A stretch of DNA of 64,000 bases from Lachnospiraceae bacterium (GTDB lineage: Bacteria; Bacillota; Clostridia; Lachnospirales; Lachnospiraceae), in NCBI GenBank assembly GCA_017535945.1, contig JAFXTJ010000007.1:1911-65910 (forward strand), read 5' to 3'. Of the stretch, positions 18,007 through 28,180 are shown one piece after another. How positions within the stretch are numbered: position 1 is the first letter of the stretch; each line of letters opens with the position of its first letter. The notes below the pieces were generated by a model, which did no database searches, had not been told where the DNA came from, and saw only the letters and a program-made list of their open reading frames with translations. Made by a program: the position numbers and the translations under genes.

Positions 18007-20528
18007 AGGAGAAGAATACCGGAAAAAAGAGCCGGCTGATCCTCGCGGCCGCGGAACATCTGCTTGCCGCGGCGCTTGCTTTTGTGCTGGTCTTTCTCTC
18101 AGCCGGCAAGAGTGTGATCCTGACCGGTCCTCACGGGGATGTGTCCTACGATCTCTATGAATCCGACAGGAACCGCAGTTATAAGGATTCCGTTCTGCTC
18201 AACAATATCTTCGGCAACAATATGGCAGAGGCGGTCAGACTGTGTGCCTGGTCCACATTGTTTGAAACAAACGGGCAATATGACGGCGAGAAACTGATCG
18301 ATGTGACGGCTTATGTCAACAGAGGCAGCACCCTGCCCGGGGAATACATCACAGCCTCCTATACCGTCTCCAATCTGCTGAAATGGGCACAGAACGGATT
18401 TGCCTTTGAAGAGAGACAGATGACGGCGGTACAGAGCAGGCAGTTTCTGTCGGATTTCTCCACCCGGACCCGGATCGTGAACAACTCTGCCGCGGGAGGG
18501 ATGAACAGTTTCCTGAACACACAGATCGCCGGAAATACGGAAACCGGACGCGATGCGGTGCAGCGGGCGGAAGGGGAGGATTATGTTTTTTTCAATGATC
18601 CTGCGGAGGATGAGGAGCCGGAAACGAGGCGCATCCTGATCAACCGGTACCGGACAGCGGACGGCCACAATATCGAGGATCTCGTATCTGACTGGGGAGA
18701 ATACCGTACACTGTGCGCCAATGTGGAGGAAGCGGCAAACAGTCTGTATGAGAGTTATTCGGAGTATCTGTCTCTGAAACAGTACTATGCGGAGAACAAT
18801 ACCTCTTTCCGGTTTTATCTGCAGCGGAACATCGGCGGCAACAAGGAGATCTACACCAATGTACAGGCTCTCGGTACGACAGCGGATGCCGCGGGACTCA
18901 AGGGATATTTCGGAGGGCTTGACCGCTTTCTGTATTACTGTCCCTATGATATGGCCTACGAAACGGATCTGATACTCGATGAGCCGACGATCCGGTCGAT
19001 GTTCAGGGAATACAGCTATATCTATCCGGACCAGATCCGGGTTTATGCGGGGATCGATCTGAACACACCTGCCATGGACGATTTTTCCGGTGCCGCAAGG
19101 AAGTTTGCGGATTATGTGCCGGCCGCCTCGGCACTGCAGTTTGCCGCGATCCTGCTTGCCGTCATGCTGTGTCTGTTGTTGTTCATCCGTCTGGTGAGAG
19201 CCGTTCCGGCGGTTTCGGAGAAGAGGATCCCGACGGAGCTGCTGGTCCTGTTATGGCTTGTGTTTTCGGGTAATCTGATCATCTTTACGGTATTCCTCAT
19301 CATCGGCCGGATCGATGAACTGCCTGCCGGGAATACGATCCTGACGGCAGTACTTGCGGCGGTTTCCGCGTTCCTTGCGGATCTTGCTTTTTCCGCGGGA
19401 GCTGTCGGGATCGCGCGGAAATCCCGTGCCGGCGTGCTGTGGCAGGACAGCCTGATCAGAAGAGCGGTGCAGGGACTCGGCCGCATGGCCGTCTACACTG
19501 CTTCCCATACAGGGCTGGTCGTATGGACGCTCTTGCCCTACACATTGTTTGTCCTGCTCAATGCCATCGTGACAGCCGTTCTTTTCGGTCTCAGGAATGA
19601 TGCGAGGTTCTCGGTGCTCCTGCTGGTGCTCGCAGCGGATATCGTCATCGGCATCCTGTTCTGCCGCGCACGGATCGACCGTCACGCGATCATCGAACAG
19701 ATCGAACGGATCAACGCCGGCGAAGATGCCGGAGAGATCGATACCGGGAAACTTCACGGAGAGAACCGGCGGCTGGCGGAAGCGGTCAATGATATCGGAG
19801 AAGGGATCCGCGAAGCCGTGAACAGGAGCATGCAGGATGAGCGGATGAAAACGGATCTCATCACCAATGTGTCGCATGATATCAAGACTCCTTTGACTTC
19901 CATCATCAATTACACGGATCTGTTGAAGCGCGAGCAGATCGATAATGAACGGGCCGCGGAATATATCCGTATCCTGGAGGAAAAAGCCGGACAGCTCAAG
20001 CATCTGACCGAGGATCTGGTGGAGGCCTCCAAGATCTCCTCCGGTAATATCGAGGTGAATCCGGTCCGGCTGGATCTGCAGGAATTCCTGAACCAGATGC
20101 TGGGAGAATTCGGCGGGATGCTGGAGGAACGCGGACTTACGCCGATCCTGAGAGCTCCCGAGGAAGCGGTGCCCTGTATGGCGGATCCGCATCATCTCTG
20201 GCGCGTGGCGGAGAATCTCTTCACAAATGTCTCGAAATACGCGCTGGAGAATACCAGGGTTTATATCGATCTGTGGGAGGAGGAAGACGGAACGGGTGCG
20301 GTCTGTGCCTGCTTCTCGATCCGGAATATTTCCGGCACCGAACTGCATGTCTCGCCTGAGGAACTGACGGAACGTTTCATCCGCGGTGATGAGACGAGAG
20401 GCGGAGAGGGCAGCGGTCTGGGGCTGTCCATTGCGGAAAGCCTGGTGCGCGCGCAGGGCGGCACGCTGCATATCGATATCGACGGGGATCTCTTTAAAGT
20501 GACGGTGGCACTCGAAGGGGCGGAGTAA
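18003..20528 (+). CDS. Sensor histidine kinase with a large extracytoplasmic domain and multiple TMs
   Basis: NVSHDIKTPLTSI, ENLFTNVSKY, ERFIRGD, GSGLGLSIA; ATGA overlap with the regulator. Confidence 0.94.
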   Translation: MKEKNTGKKSRLILAAAEHLLAAALAFVLVFLSAGKSVILTGPHGDVSYDLYESDRNRSYKDSVLLNNIFGNNMAEAVRLCAWSTLFETNGQYDGEKLIDVTAYVNRGSTLPGEYITASYTVSNLLKWAQNGFAFEERQMTAVQSRQFLSDFSTRTRIVNNSAAGGMNSFLNTQIAGNTETGRDAVQRAEGEDYVFFNDPAEDEEPETRRILINRYRTADGHNIEDLVSDWGEYRTLCANVEEAANSLYESYSEYLSLKQYYAENNTSFRFYLQRNIGGNKEIYTNVQALGTTADAAGLKGYFGGLDRFLYYCPYDMAYETDLILDEPTIRSMFREYSYIYPDQIRVYAGIDLNTPAMDDFSGAARKFADYVPAASALQFAAILLAVMLCLLLFIRLVRAVPAVSEKRIPTELLVLLWLVFSGNLIIFTVFLIIGRIDELPAGNTILTAVLAAVSAFLADLAFSAGAVGIARKSRAGVLWQDSLIRRAVQGLGRMAVYTASHTGLVVWTLLPYTLFVLLNAIVTAVLFGLRNDARFSVLLLVLAADIVIGILFCRARIDRHAIIEQIERINAGEDAGEIDTGKLHGENRRLAEAVNDIGEGIREAVNRSMQDERMKTDLITNVSHDIKTPLTSIINYTDLLKREQIDNERAAEYIRILEEKAGQLKHLTEDLVEASKISSGNIEVNPVRLDLQEFLNQMLGEFGGMLEERGLTPILRAPEEAVPCMADPHHLWRVAENLFTNVSKYALENTRVYIDLWEEEDGTGAVCACFSIRNISGTELHVSPEELTERFIRGDETRGGEGSGLGLSIAESLVRAQGGTLHIDIDGDLFKVTVALEGAE

Positions 20529-20535
20529 GCGTGCT

Positions 20536-20718
20536 GCGACGATACGCAGAGCCTAAACGCCTTCGCACACGACCGCTTCGCGGTCTTTCCCGCACTTCGT
20601 GCTAAGTCTGCTCAGTCGTTTAGGCTCCTGCTTCGCAGGCCATCCACAAAACAACCCCGGGGTATTCAAGCAAGCTTGAACCCCGGGGATTGTTTTGTGT
20701 CTGTCTGCGTATCGTCGC
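20536..20718. repeat. Nested palindromic element (MITE/REP-like) with 15-bp terminal inverted repeats; may also act as a bidirectional terminator
   Basis: gcgacgatacgcaga (20536-20550) / tctgcgtatcgtcgc (20704-20718); inner IR gagcctaaacg / cgtttaggctc; three C-TTC-G hairpins; long hairpin 20645-20699. Confidence 0.75.
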
Positions 20719-20729
20719 TTTTATTCGTT

Positions 20730-21941
20730 CTATTCAGCCTCATCCATCATCCGTGCAGCTGTCTGGATCTCGTGCCGGTTGTAGCGGCCGACGATCTCGC
20801 GGATCTTCTCCGTGGGCAGTGTCACACCGGAGAGAGAGGCGTCGTGGTTGATGAAATCGATGATCGTCGCGAGGAACTTGCTCATATCGGCTTCCAGGAA
20901 CCATTCCCGCTGCTTTAACTCCTCGGGCTGCCAGGTGAGATTCGTGGAGATCACGCGGTCAAAGCTGCCGGCCGCATAGGCCTCGTCGAATTTCTCCAGA
21001 CCATTCGTGAAAAGCCCGAAGGTGGTGCAGAGGAAAACGCGTTTTGCGCCTTTTTCCTTGATCTTGGCCGCGGTATCAATGATGCTGCCGCCGGAGGAGA
21101 TCATATCGTCGATGATGATGGCGTCCTTGCCGACGATCGAGGACCCCAGGAATTCATGGGCCACGATCGGATTGGACCCGTTCACGATCCTGGAATAATC
21201 CCTTCTCTTATAGAACATCCCCGTATCCGCGCCGAGAACGCCCGCGAAGTACACAGCGCGGTCCAGCGCGCCTTCATCCGGGCTGATGACGATCAGATGA
21301 TCCTTATCCACGGTGAGATCATCGATGTTCTTGAGCAGTGCTTTCAGGAACTGATAGGAAGCGAGGAAATTATCGAATCCGCCGATCGGAGCGGCATTGG
21401 AGATCCGGGGGTCGTGCGCGTCAAAAGTGATGAAATTGTGGATCCCCATGTCGTGGAGCTCCGCAAACATCACGGCCGCGTCGAGGGATTCCCAGCCGTT
21501 TCTCTTGTGCTGCCGGCCCTCGTAGAGGAAGGGCATGATGACGGTGATCCGCTTGGCCTTGCCGTCCGCCGCGGCGATGACACGCTTGAGATCCTGATAA
21601 TGATCGTCCGGCGACATATGATTCGTAAATCCGTGCATCTTATAGGTGACGCTGGGATTGCACACATCCGTCAGGATGAAGAGGTCCTTGCCGCGGACGC
21701 TCTCCTTGATCTCCCCTTTGCCTTCGCCGCTGCCGAAGCGCGGGCAGGCATAATCCATGAGGTAGGTGTCTTCGGTATATCCCTTGAAGGCGGGATCTCC
21801 GGCAGGCATCTTATGAAGGGTGTGCCTGAACCGCACGAGATATTCATTGACGCGGCTGCCCATGGCGAGAGCGGACTGCATCGCGATGAGCCTGAGGGGC
21901 GCTACGGGGAGGGCTTCTTCGAGCTGTTGAAAGTCGGGCAT
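20730..21941 (-). CDS. prs: Ribose-phosphate pyrophosphokinase
   Basis: FGSGEGK...ESVRGKD, PFLYEGRQHK, DAHDPRI, SPDEGA, IIIDDMISSGGS. Confidence 0.95.
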   Translation of the reverse strand: MPDFQQLEEALPVAPLRLIAMQSALAMGSRVNEYLVRFRHTLHKMPAGDPAFKGYTEDTYLMDYACPRFGSGEGKGEIKESVRGKDLFILTDVCNPSVTYKMHGFTNHMSPDDHYQDLKRVIAAADGKAKRITVIMPFLYEGRQHKRNGWESLDAAVMFAELHDMGIHNFITFDAHDPRISNAAPIGGFDNFLASYQFLKALLKNIDDLTVDKDHLIVISPDEGALDRAVYFAGVLGADTGMFYKRRDYSRIVNGSNPIVAHEFLGSSIVGKDAIIIDDMISSGGSIIDTAAKIKEKGAKRVFLCTTFGLFTNGLEKFDEAYAAGSFDRVISTNLTWQPEELKQREWFLEADMSKFLATIIDFINHDASLSGVTLPTEKIREIVGRYNRHEIQTAARMMDEAE

Positions 21942-22032
21942 GCGAATCTCCTGATATACATTTTGGTGGCCGGGAGAAGAGGCGTTCCCGCGGCGTATTT
22001 ATTTGCACGAGCAGAGACTATGATACCATAAG

Positions 22033-22061
22033 TTGTAAAAAATAGGAATATCCTGTATCAT
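22033..22061 (+). promoter_or_regulatory. Sigma-A promoter of the DUF512-der operon (near-leaderless)
   Basis: TTGTAA, 17-bp spacer, TATCAT, 8 nt before ATG 22070; no Shine-Dalgarno. Confidence 0.5.
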
Positions 22062-22069
22062 GTTACCCT

Positions 22070-23416
22070 ATGGGAAATGCCGAGAATACAACACGCGGAC
22101 ACCTGATAAACGGGGTCGAACCCGGCAGTATCGCCGAGGAGATGGGCGTTGAGGCCGGAGACCGGCTGATCGCGGTGAACGGCGAACAGGTGGTGGACAT
22201 CTTTGATTACCGGTTCCTGATCGATGAGGAAGAACTGACCCTGCTCATCGAGAAACCGGACGGAGAGGAATGGGAACTCGAGATCGAAAAGGACGAGGAG
22301 GAGGACCCGGGCCTCGTGTTCGAGAACGGCCTCATGGACGGCTACCGCTCCTGCAGGAATCATTGCATCTTCTGCTTTATCGACCAGTTGCCGGAGGGCA
22401 TGCGGGATACCCTGTATTTCAAGGATGACGATTCCAGACTCTCCTTCCTGCAGGGCAATTATGTGACGCTCACAAACCTGAGCGACGACGATATCCGACG
22501 GATATCGAAATACCGTATGAGTCCTATCAATATTTCGTTTCATACGACGGATCCCGACCTCCGCTGCCGGATGCTGGGCAACCGGTTCGCGGGAGAGGCG
22601 CTTTCCAAGGTGGACCGGCTCATCGAAGAGAATGACAAGATCGAGCTGAACGGCCAGATCGTCCTGTGTAAAGGTGTCAACGACGGAGAGGCATTAAAGC
22701 GCACGATCGGCGACCTCACAAGATACCTGCCGCATCTGCGCAGTGTGTCGGTCGTACCGGTAGGACTCACCAAATACCGGGACAAGCTTTATCCGCTGGA
22801 ATCTTTTAACGCGGAGGATGCGGCGATGGTCATCGATCTGATCGAGGACTTTCAGGAACGGCTCTTTCCCGTGTACGGGACACATTTCATCCATGCGAGT
22901 GATGAGTGGTATATCCTGGCCGGAAGAGAGGTGCCCGCAGCGGAGACCTATGACGGATATCTGCAGCTGGAGAACGGCGTCGGGATGCTGCGCCTGCTGG
23001 AAGATTCCTTTGCGGAAGCGCTCGAACAGGCACTGCATGACGGAGTGAAGCCGAAGTACCGGGAGATCTCCTGCGCAAGCGGATGTCTGGTATATCCGCA
23101 TATCGTGAAACTCATGGATCGTCTCCATGAGGCATATCCGTCGCTTACGGTGCATTGCCATGAGATCGTCAATGATTTCTTCGGCGAGAAGATCACCGTG
23201 ACGGGACTGATCACCGGACGGGATCTGATCGCGCAGCTGTCCGGAAAGGAGCTCGGGGAGCGGCTGTTTCTCCCCTCGAACATGCTGCGCGCAGGAGAGG
23301 ATGTGCTCCTGGATGATGTGCATCTGACCGATATCGAAGCGGCGCTCGGTACGCCGGTATCTGCCTTTGAGGGAAGCGGCGAAGGCACCGTCGCCGCATT
23401 TCTGGGGATCGAATGA
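22070..23416 (+). CDS. PDZ + radical-SAM-like DUF512 Fe-S protein
   Basis: N-terminal PDZ-like VEPGSIAEE, CRNHCIFCFIDQLP (CxxxCxxC), KDDDSRLSF, QLENGVG; upstream of der. Confidence 0.92.
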   Translation: MGNAENTTRGHLINGVEPGSIAEEMGVEAGDRLIAVNGEQVVDIFDYRFLIDEEELTLLIEKPDGEEWELEIEKDEEEDPGLVFENGLMDGYRSCRNHCIFCFIDQLPEGMRDTLYFKDDDSRLSFLQGNYVTLTNLSDDDIRRISKYRMSPINISFHTTDPDLRCRMLGNRFAGEALSKVDRLIEENDKIELNGQIVLCKGVNDGEALKRTIGDLTRYLPHLRSVSVVPVGLTKYRDKLYPLESFNAEDAAMVIDLIEDFQERLFPVYGTHFIHASDEWYILAGREVPAAETYDGYLQLENGVGMLRLLEDSFAEALEQALHDGVKPKYREISCASGCLVYPHIVKLMDRLHEAYPSLTVHCHEIVNDFFGEKITVTGLITGRDLIAQLSGKELGERLFLPSNMLRAGEDVLLDDVHLTDIEAALGTPVSAFEGSGEGTVAAFLGIE

Positions 23417-23433
23417 TCCCGTAAGGAGGAAAT

Positions 23434-24759
23434 ATGAGGAAGAATATCGTGGCAGTCGTGGGCCGTCCCAACGTGGGCAAATCCTCACTGTTTAACGCAC
23501 TGGCCGGGAAGCGGATTTCCATTGTGGAGGATACGCCCGGCGTCACAAGAGACCGGATCTATCAGGATGTGGAGTGGCTTTCCCACACCTTTACGCTGGT
23601 GGATACCGGCGGGATCGAGCCGGAGAGCTCCGATGTGCTGTTAAAGCAGATGCGGGAGCAGGCACAGATCGCGATCGATACGGCGGATGTGATCCTGTTT
23701 ATGGTGGACGGACGCACGGGACTCGTGGACGCGGACCGTCAGGTCGCGGATATCCTGCGGCGCTCCGGGAGTCCGGTCGTGCTCGCGGTCAACAAGATCG
23801 ACGCATTCCAGCGGGATGAAGCGAATATCTACGAATTCTATGAACTGGGGATCGGCGATCCGCATCCGATTTCTGCCGCGAACCGTCAGGGACTCGGCGA
23901 TCTGATGGATGAAGTGGTCGCACATTTTCCCGAAGATACGGGAGCGGAAGAGGAGGAGGATGACGACAGAATCCGCGTGGCGATCATCGGCAAGCCCAAT
24001 GTCGGCAAGTCCTCCATCATCAACAGGCTCCTGGGCGATGACCGCCTGCTGGTGTCCGATATCGCCGGGACCACCCGCGATGCGATCGACACGGAGATCA
24101 CTTATGAAGGGAAAGACTATGTGTTCATCGATACCGCGGGACTTCGCCGCAAGAATAAGGTGAAGGAGCAGCTCGAGCGCTTCATGATCATCCGTTCCGT
24201 CGGTGCCGTCGAGCGGGCACAGGTCGTTGTCCTCGTGATCGATGCCGCGGAGGGCGTCACGGAACAGGATGCCAAGATCGCCGGGATCGCGCATGAAAAC
24301 GGCAAGGCGGTGATCATCGCTGTCAACAAGTGGGATCTGATCGAAAAGGACAACAAGACGGTGAACGAGTATACGGCAAAGATCCGTTCCGTTCTGTCCT
24401 TCATCCCTTATGCGGAGATCATTTTCCTGTCGGCGAAGTCCGGTCAGCGGCTCACAAAGCTCTACAGCCTCATCGATATGGTGAGCGAGAACCATGCGCT
24501 GCGCGTGCAGACCGGTGTGCTCAACGAAGTGCTCACCAGAGCCATGGTGATGCAGCAGCCGCCGGCGGACAAGGGCAAGCCCTTAAAGATCTTCTATATG
24601 ACCCAGGTGGCGGTGCGGCCGCCGACCTTTGTGCTGTTTGTCAACGACCGGCAACTTGCGCATTTTTCCTATACGCGTTATATTGAGAACCAGATCCGCG
24701 AAGCGTTCGGTTTCAGAGGGACGCCTTTAAAGTTCATCGTGAGGGAAAAGGAACAATGA
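23434..24759 (+). CDS. der: Ribosome biogenesis GTPase Der (EngA)
   Basis: Two G domains (GRPNVGKS, DTGG, NKID; GKPNVGKS, DTAG, NKWD) plus a KH-like C-terminus. Confidence 0.98.
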   Translation: MRKNIVAVVGRPNVGKSSLFNALAGKRISIVEDTPGVTRDRIYQDVEWLSHTFTLVDTGGIEPESSDVLLKQMREQAQIAIDTADVILFMVDGRTGLVDADRQVADILRRSGSPVVLAVNKIDAFQRDEANIYEFYELGIGDPHPISAANRQGLGDLMDEVVAHFPEDTGAEEEEDDDRIRVAIIGKPNVGKSSIINRLLGDDRLLVSDIAGTTRDAIDTEITYEGKDYVFIDTAGLRRKNKVKEQLERFMIIRSVGAVERAQVVVLVIDAAEGVTEQDAKIAGIAHENGKAVIIAVNKWDLIEKDNKTVNEYTAKIRSVLSFIPYAEIIFLSAKSGQRLTKLYSLIDMVSENHALRVQTGVLNEVLTRAMVMQQPPADKGKPLKIFYMTQVAVRPPTFVLFVNDRQLAHFSYTRYIENQIREAFGFRGTPLKFIVREKEQ

Positions 24760-25418
24760 ACGTCATCACTGTGCGCGCACTGTGCCTGATCATCGGATAT
24801 CTTTTCGGGATGGTGCAGACGGCGTTTTTTTACGGAAAACTGAAGGGGATCGACATCCGCAAGCACGGCAGCGGCAATGCCGGCACCACCAATACGCTCC
24901 GTGTGCTCGGTACCGGCGCTGGTTTTGTTGTCCTGATCGGAGATATGCTGAAGTGCATCCTGGCGATCCTGTTCACGGATCTGCTGTTTGGCTCCCGTTT
25001 TCCGGAGATCGTCTATCTCATCCGGATCTATACGGCAGCCGGCTGCGTCATCGGCCATGATTTCCCGTTCTATATGAATTTCAAGGGCGGCAAGGGGATC
25101 GCCTGCACGGCGGGATATCTGTGCGCTTTTCATCCCGCGTTCATCCCGATGTTCCTCATCGCCTTTCTGGTACCTTTTCTCATCACCCATTATGTCTCCC
25201 TGGGATCGTTGTGCATCTATACCGGCTTTGTGATCCAGACGGTCATCATGGGGCAGCTCGGCATCTTCGGCATGACGCAGGGAGAACTGATCGAGCTGTA
25301 TCTCATTGCGATCCTCATGGCCGCGCTGGCATTCTGGCAGCATCGCGCCAATGTGGCAAGGCTGCTGAGCCGCAGCGAACGTAAAACATATCTGTTTAAG
25401 AAGAATCAGGAGGGGTAA
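24756..25418 (+). CDS. plsY: Glycerol-3-phosphate acyltransferase PlsY
   Basis: DIRKHGSGNAGTTN, GHDFP...FKGGKGIA, HRANVARL. Confidence 0.95.
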   Translation: MNVITVRALCLIIGYLFGMVQTAFFYGKLKGIDIRKHGSGNAGTTNTLRVLGTGAGFVVLIGDMLKCILAILFTDLLFGSRFPEIVYLIRIYTAAGCVIGHDFPFYMNFKGGKGIACTAGYLCAFHPAFIPMFLIAFLVPFLITHYVSLGSLCIYTGFVIQTVIMGQLGIFGMTQGELIELYLIAILMAALAFWQHRANVARLLSRSERKTYLFKKNQEG

Positions 25419-25420
25419 AG

Positions 25421-26428
25421 ATGCCCAGTCATCACAGTTCATCGAGTCATTCCAGCCACTCGCATTCCAGCCATTCCTCGCACTCGAGCTATCGCAGCTC
25501 TTCGAGCAGGAGTTCCTCGAGCCGCAGCTACAGCAGCAGTTCGCACAGACCGTCGTCGCACAGTTCTTCTTCGCATTCGTCGGTTTCCCGTTCTTCCTCT
25601 TCGGTAGCGACAACGCGCAGAACACCGCCGCCGCGTCCGCGCCGCAATCAGCCGGGCGGATATCAGAGAAATGACAGACGGCAGTTCCAGTGCAGAACGC
25701 ATGACTATGTCTATTATCCGGTGGCATGGACCTTTGGCAGCATGACTTACCAGCCGGGTTACTACGATGAGGAAGGAAATCATTATGATTCCGTCGCCAT
25801 CAAGGATGAGGAGACGATCTGCAAATGCGAGTACTGCGGATCGCTCGTGAAGATCAAGTGGGACGGCGGTACGCTCCCCAACTGCGAGCACTGCGGAGCA
25901 CCGCTGTCCGTGCAGGTCCGGGATGAGGGCAGCGCGCAGACGGTGGCTGCATCCACGGCAGGTTATAACGGGACACGCAGCTCCGGCGGCGCCAACGGAT
26001 TAAAGATCGCACTGATCGCGATCGCCTGTTTCCTCGGACTCGGTTTCTGCGGTGCGATCCTGGACAGTGATGATGATGACCGCGTGGATGTCTTTGAGAA
26101 CGGCTATGAATCCGGCTATGACGACGATTCCTACGGCGGGGAGTCACTTTCCGACAGCATCTATGTCGATGAGATCGGACGCACCTGTTACCTCGACGGG
26201 GAGGATTATTACGATGAAGAGACCGGCTGCTGGTTCTATCTGAACACGGATGTCGAACCTCCGGTCTGGCAGTACTGGTATGACGGGATCTCAAGCGATT
26301 ACGGCGATTACGGCTGGATGGAGTATGACGAACCGGAGGGCAGATGGTATATCCAGGATGAGAACGGGGACTGGATCGTACTGCCGGGCGGCTATGATAC
26401 TTCCTATCTGTGGTACATCAGGGATTAG
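25421..26428 (+). CDS. Hypothetical membrane protein: Ser/His/Arg low-complexity N-terminus, CxxC...CxxC zinc ribbon, one TM, Asp/Tyr/Trp-rich C-terminus
   Basis: Strong RBS aggagggg; CEYC and CEHC; TM IALIAIACFLGLGFCGAIL; host-like codon usage. Confidence 0.8.
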   Translation: MPSHHSSSSHSSHSHSSHSSHSSYRSSSSRSSSSRSYSSSSHRPSSHSSSSHSSVSRSSSSVATTRRTPPPRPRRNQPGGYQRNDRRQFQCRTHDYVYYPVAWTFGSMTYQPGYYDEEGNHYDSVAIKDEETICKCEYCGSLVKIKWDGGTLPNCEHCGAPLSVQVRDEGSAQTVAASTAGYNGTRSSGGANGLKIALIAIACFLGLGFCGAILDSDDDDRVDVFENGYESGYDDDSYGGESLSDSIYVDEIGRTCYLDGEDYYDEETGCWFYLNTDVEPPVWQYWYDGISSDYGDYGWMEYDEPEGRWYIQDENGDWIVLPGGYDTSYLWYIRD

Positions 26429-26436
26429 TGAGAACA

Positions 26437-27452
26437 ATGACACGACAGAATATCGCGATCATCGGAGCCGGCAGTTTCGGCATCGCGCTGGCGCATCTGC
26501 TGACGAAAAACGGACATGCCGTACGGATCTGGACCAGGAGCGGAGAACGCGCGGAACTGCTGAAACTTGCCCACGGCAATCCGGATAAGCTGCCTGGTGT
26601 GATCCTGCCGCAGGAGGTGGTCTATACCGCGGACATGGAGGCTGCTCTGCGCGATGCATCCGTCGCAGTCCTCGTCGTGCCGAGCATCCATGTGCGGGAG
26701 ACGGTACTCCTCATGAAACCCTATATGCATCGGAATCTGCTGTCGTGAACTGCGCCAAGGGGATCGAGGAGCGGACTCTGTTCACGCTCACCGGCGTCAT
26801 CCGTGATGCACTCGGCGGGGATACGCCGCAGCTTGCGGCGCTCTCCGGACCCTCCCACGCGGAGGAGGTCGGCAGGGATCTGCCCACGGCCATTGTCGCG
26901 GCCTCTGAGGATATGTCCGTATCCGCAAGGGTACAGGAGATCTTTATGAGTCCGGTTTTCCGTGTCTATACCGGCTCCGATCTGCTCGGTGTGGAGCTGG
27001 GCGGATCATTGAAAAATGTCATCGCACTCGCCGCAGGCGTTGCGGACGGCCAGGGCTACGGGGACAACACCAAGGCGGCCATGATCACCCGCGGTATCGC
27101 CGAGATCACGAGACTCGGCGTCGCCATGGGAGCCGAGGCAGGCACCTTTTACGGACTGACCGGGATCGGAGATCTCATCGTGACCTGCGCATCGATGCAT
27201 TCCAGGAACCGTCGGGCCGGCATCCTGATCGGACAGGGCATGAGCGCGGAAGAAGCCTGCGCCGAAGTGAAGATGGTGGTCGAGGGGGTTCATTGCGCGC
27301 GCGCGGCACAACTACTGGCGGAGAAATACGGCGTTTCGATGCCGATCATCTCGGAGGTCTGTCATGTACTGTTTGACGGGAAATCACCGGCGGATGCCGT
27401 GGCGGATCTGATGCTTCGGGATAAGAAAGCGGAACAGGAGGGGGACAGATGA
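26437..27452 (+). pseudogene. gpsA: NAD(P)H-dependent glycerol-3-phosphate dehydrogenase split by a 1-nt frameshift near 26742 (possibly a sequencing indel)
   Basis: First ORF has IIGAGSFG (Rossmann); second ORF has [40 protein letters not shown]; one extra G restores ...LLVVNCAKG... Confidence 0.88.
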
Positions 27453-28180
27453 AGGAAACTGCGGATCAGCGGGTTTACCCGCTCGGCATGTGGGGGAGAT
27501 CCCTCACGGAATTGAAGAATGTACGTGCCATCACATTTTGCGGGCTGATGGCGGCACTCGCGATCGTGCTCAATTACGTGGCGAGCATCGACCTGGGCCC
27601 CTATATCCGCATCACCTTTTCCGGGATCCCGAATCAGATCGTCGCTTATCTCTTCGGACCGGCTGTCGGATGCCTCTTCGGCGGTTTGCTGGATATCCTG
27701 AAATTCATCATCAAGCCGACGGGCGCGTTTTTCCCGGGCTTTACCATTAGTGCCGCGCTGGGCGGCGCGGTCTACGGCATGCTGCTGTACCGCAGGCCGG
27801 TACGGCTCTGGCGCGTATTCCTCTCGCAGCTCATCATTAAGGTCTTCATCAACGTGGGACTCAATACCCTGTGGCTGAAAATGCTCTACGGAAAAGGCTT
27901 TTTCGCGCTCCTGCCGGGGAGGATCGCCTCCAATGCCGTGATGCTCTTTGTTGATACGGGATTCATGTACATCATCCTGAAGATGATCGAACAGTCGGTG
28001 AGGCGTTTCTTTGACACCGACACCGGCAATGATGCCCTGCAGGCCGCGTTATCGCGCAGAAAGGCCGAACAGGAAGCAAAGGCTCTGTCTGAGGAGGTTC
28101 CCGCTGATACCGGTGAAGGAGCTTCTGAAGGAACAGTCGATCCGGGAGAAGCACCCGGAGACGGGAAAAGCGAACAATGA
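27449..28180 (+). CDS. folT: Folate ECF transporter S component (FolT-like) with an acidic tail
   Basis: Multi-[31 protein letters not shown]; coupled to folC. Confidence 0.85.
   Translation: MKETADQRVYPLGMWGRSLTELKNVRAITFCGLMAALAIVLNYVASIDLGPYIRITFSGIPNQIVAYLFGPAVGCLFGGLLDILKFIIKPTGAFFPGFTISAALGGAVYGMLLYRRPVRLWRVFLSQLIIKVFINVGLNTLWLKMLYGKGFFALLPGRIASNAVMLFVDTGFMYIILKMIEQSVRRFFDTDTGNDALQAALSRRKAEQEAKALSEEVPADTGEGASEGTVDPGEAPGDGKSEQ

Noticed and set aside
20536-20718. CRISPR array or autonomous IS
   Set aside because: No regularly spaced direct repeats with spacers, no transposase ORF and no clear target-site duplication
25424-25605. DNA tandem repeat or contingency locus in the Ser/His tract
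   Set aside because: Serine codons are mixed (agt, tca, tcg, tcc, agc, tct), so the low complexity is at protein level and not a slippage repeat
26725-26760. Programmed -1 ribosomal frameshift in gpsA
   Set aside because: No X XXY YYZ slippery site or obvious stimulatory structure; an indel is the simpler explanation
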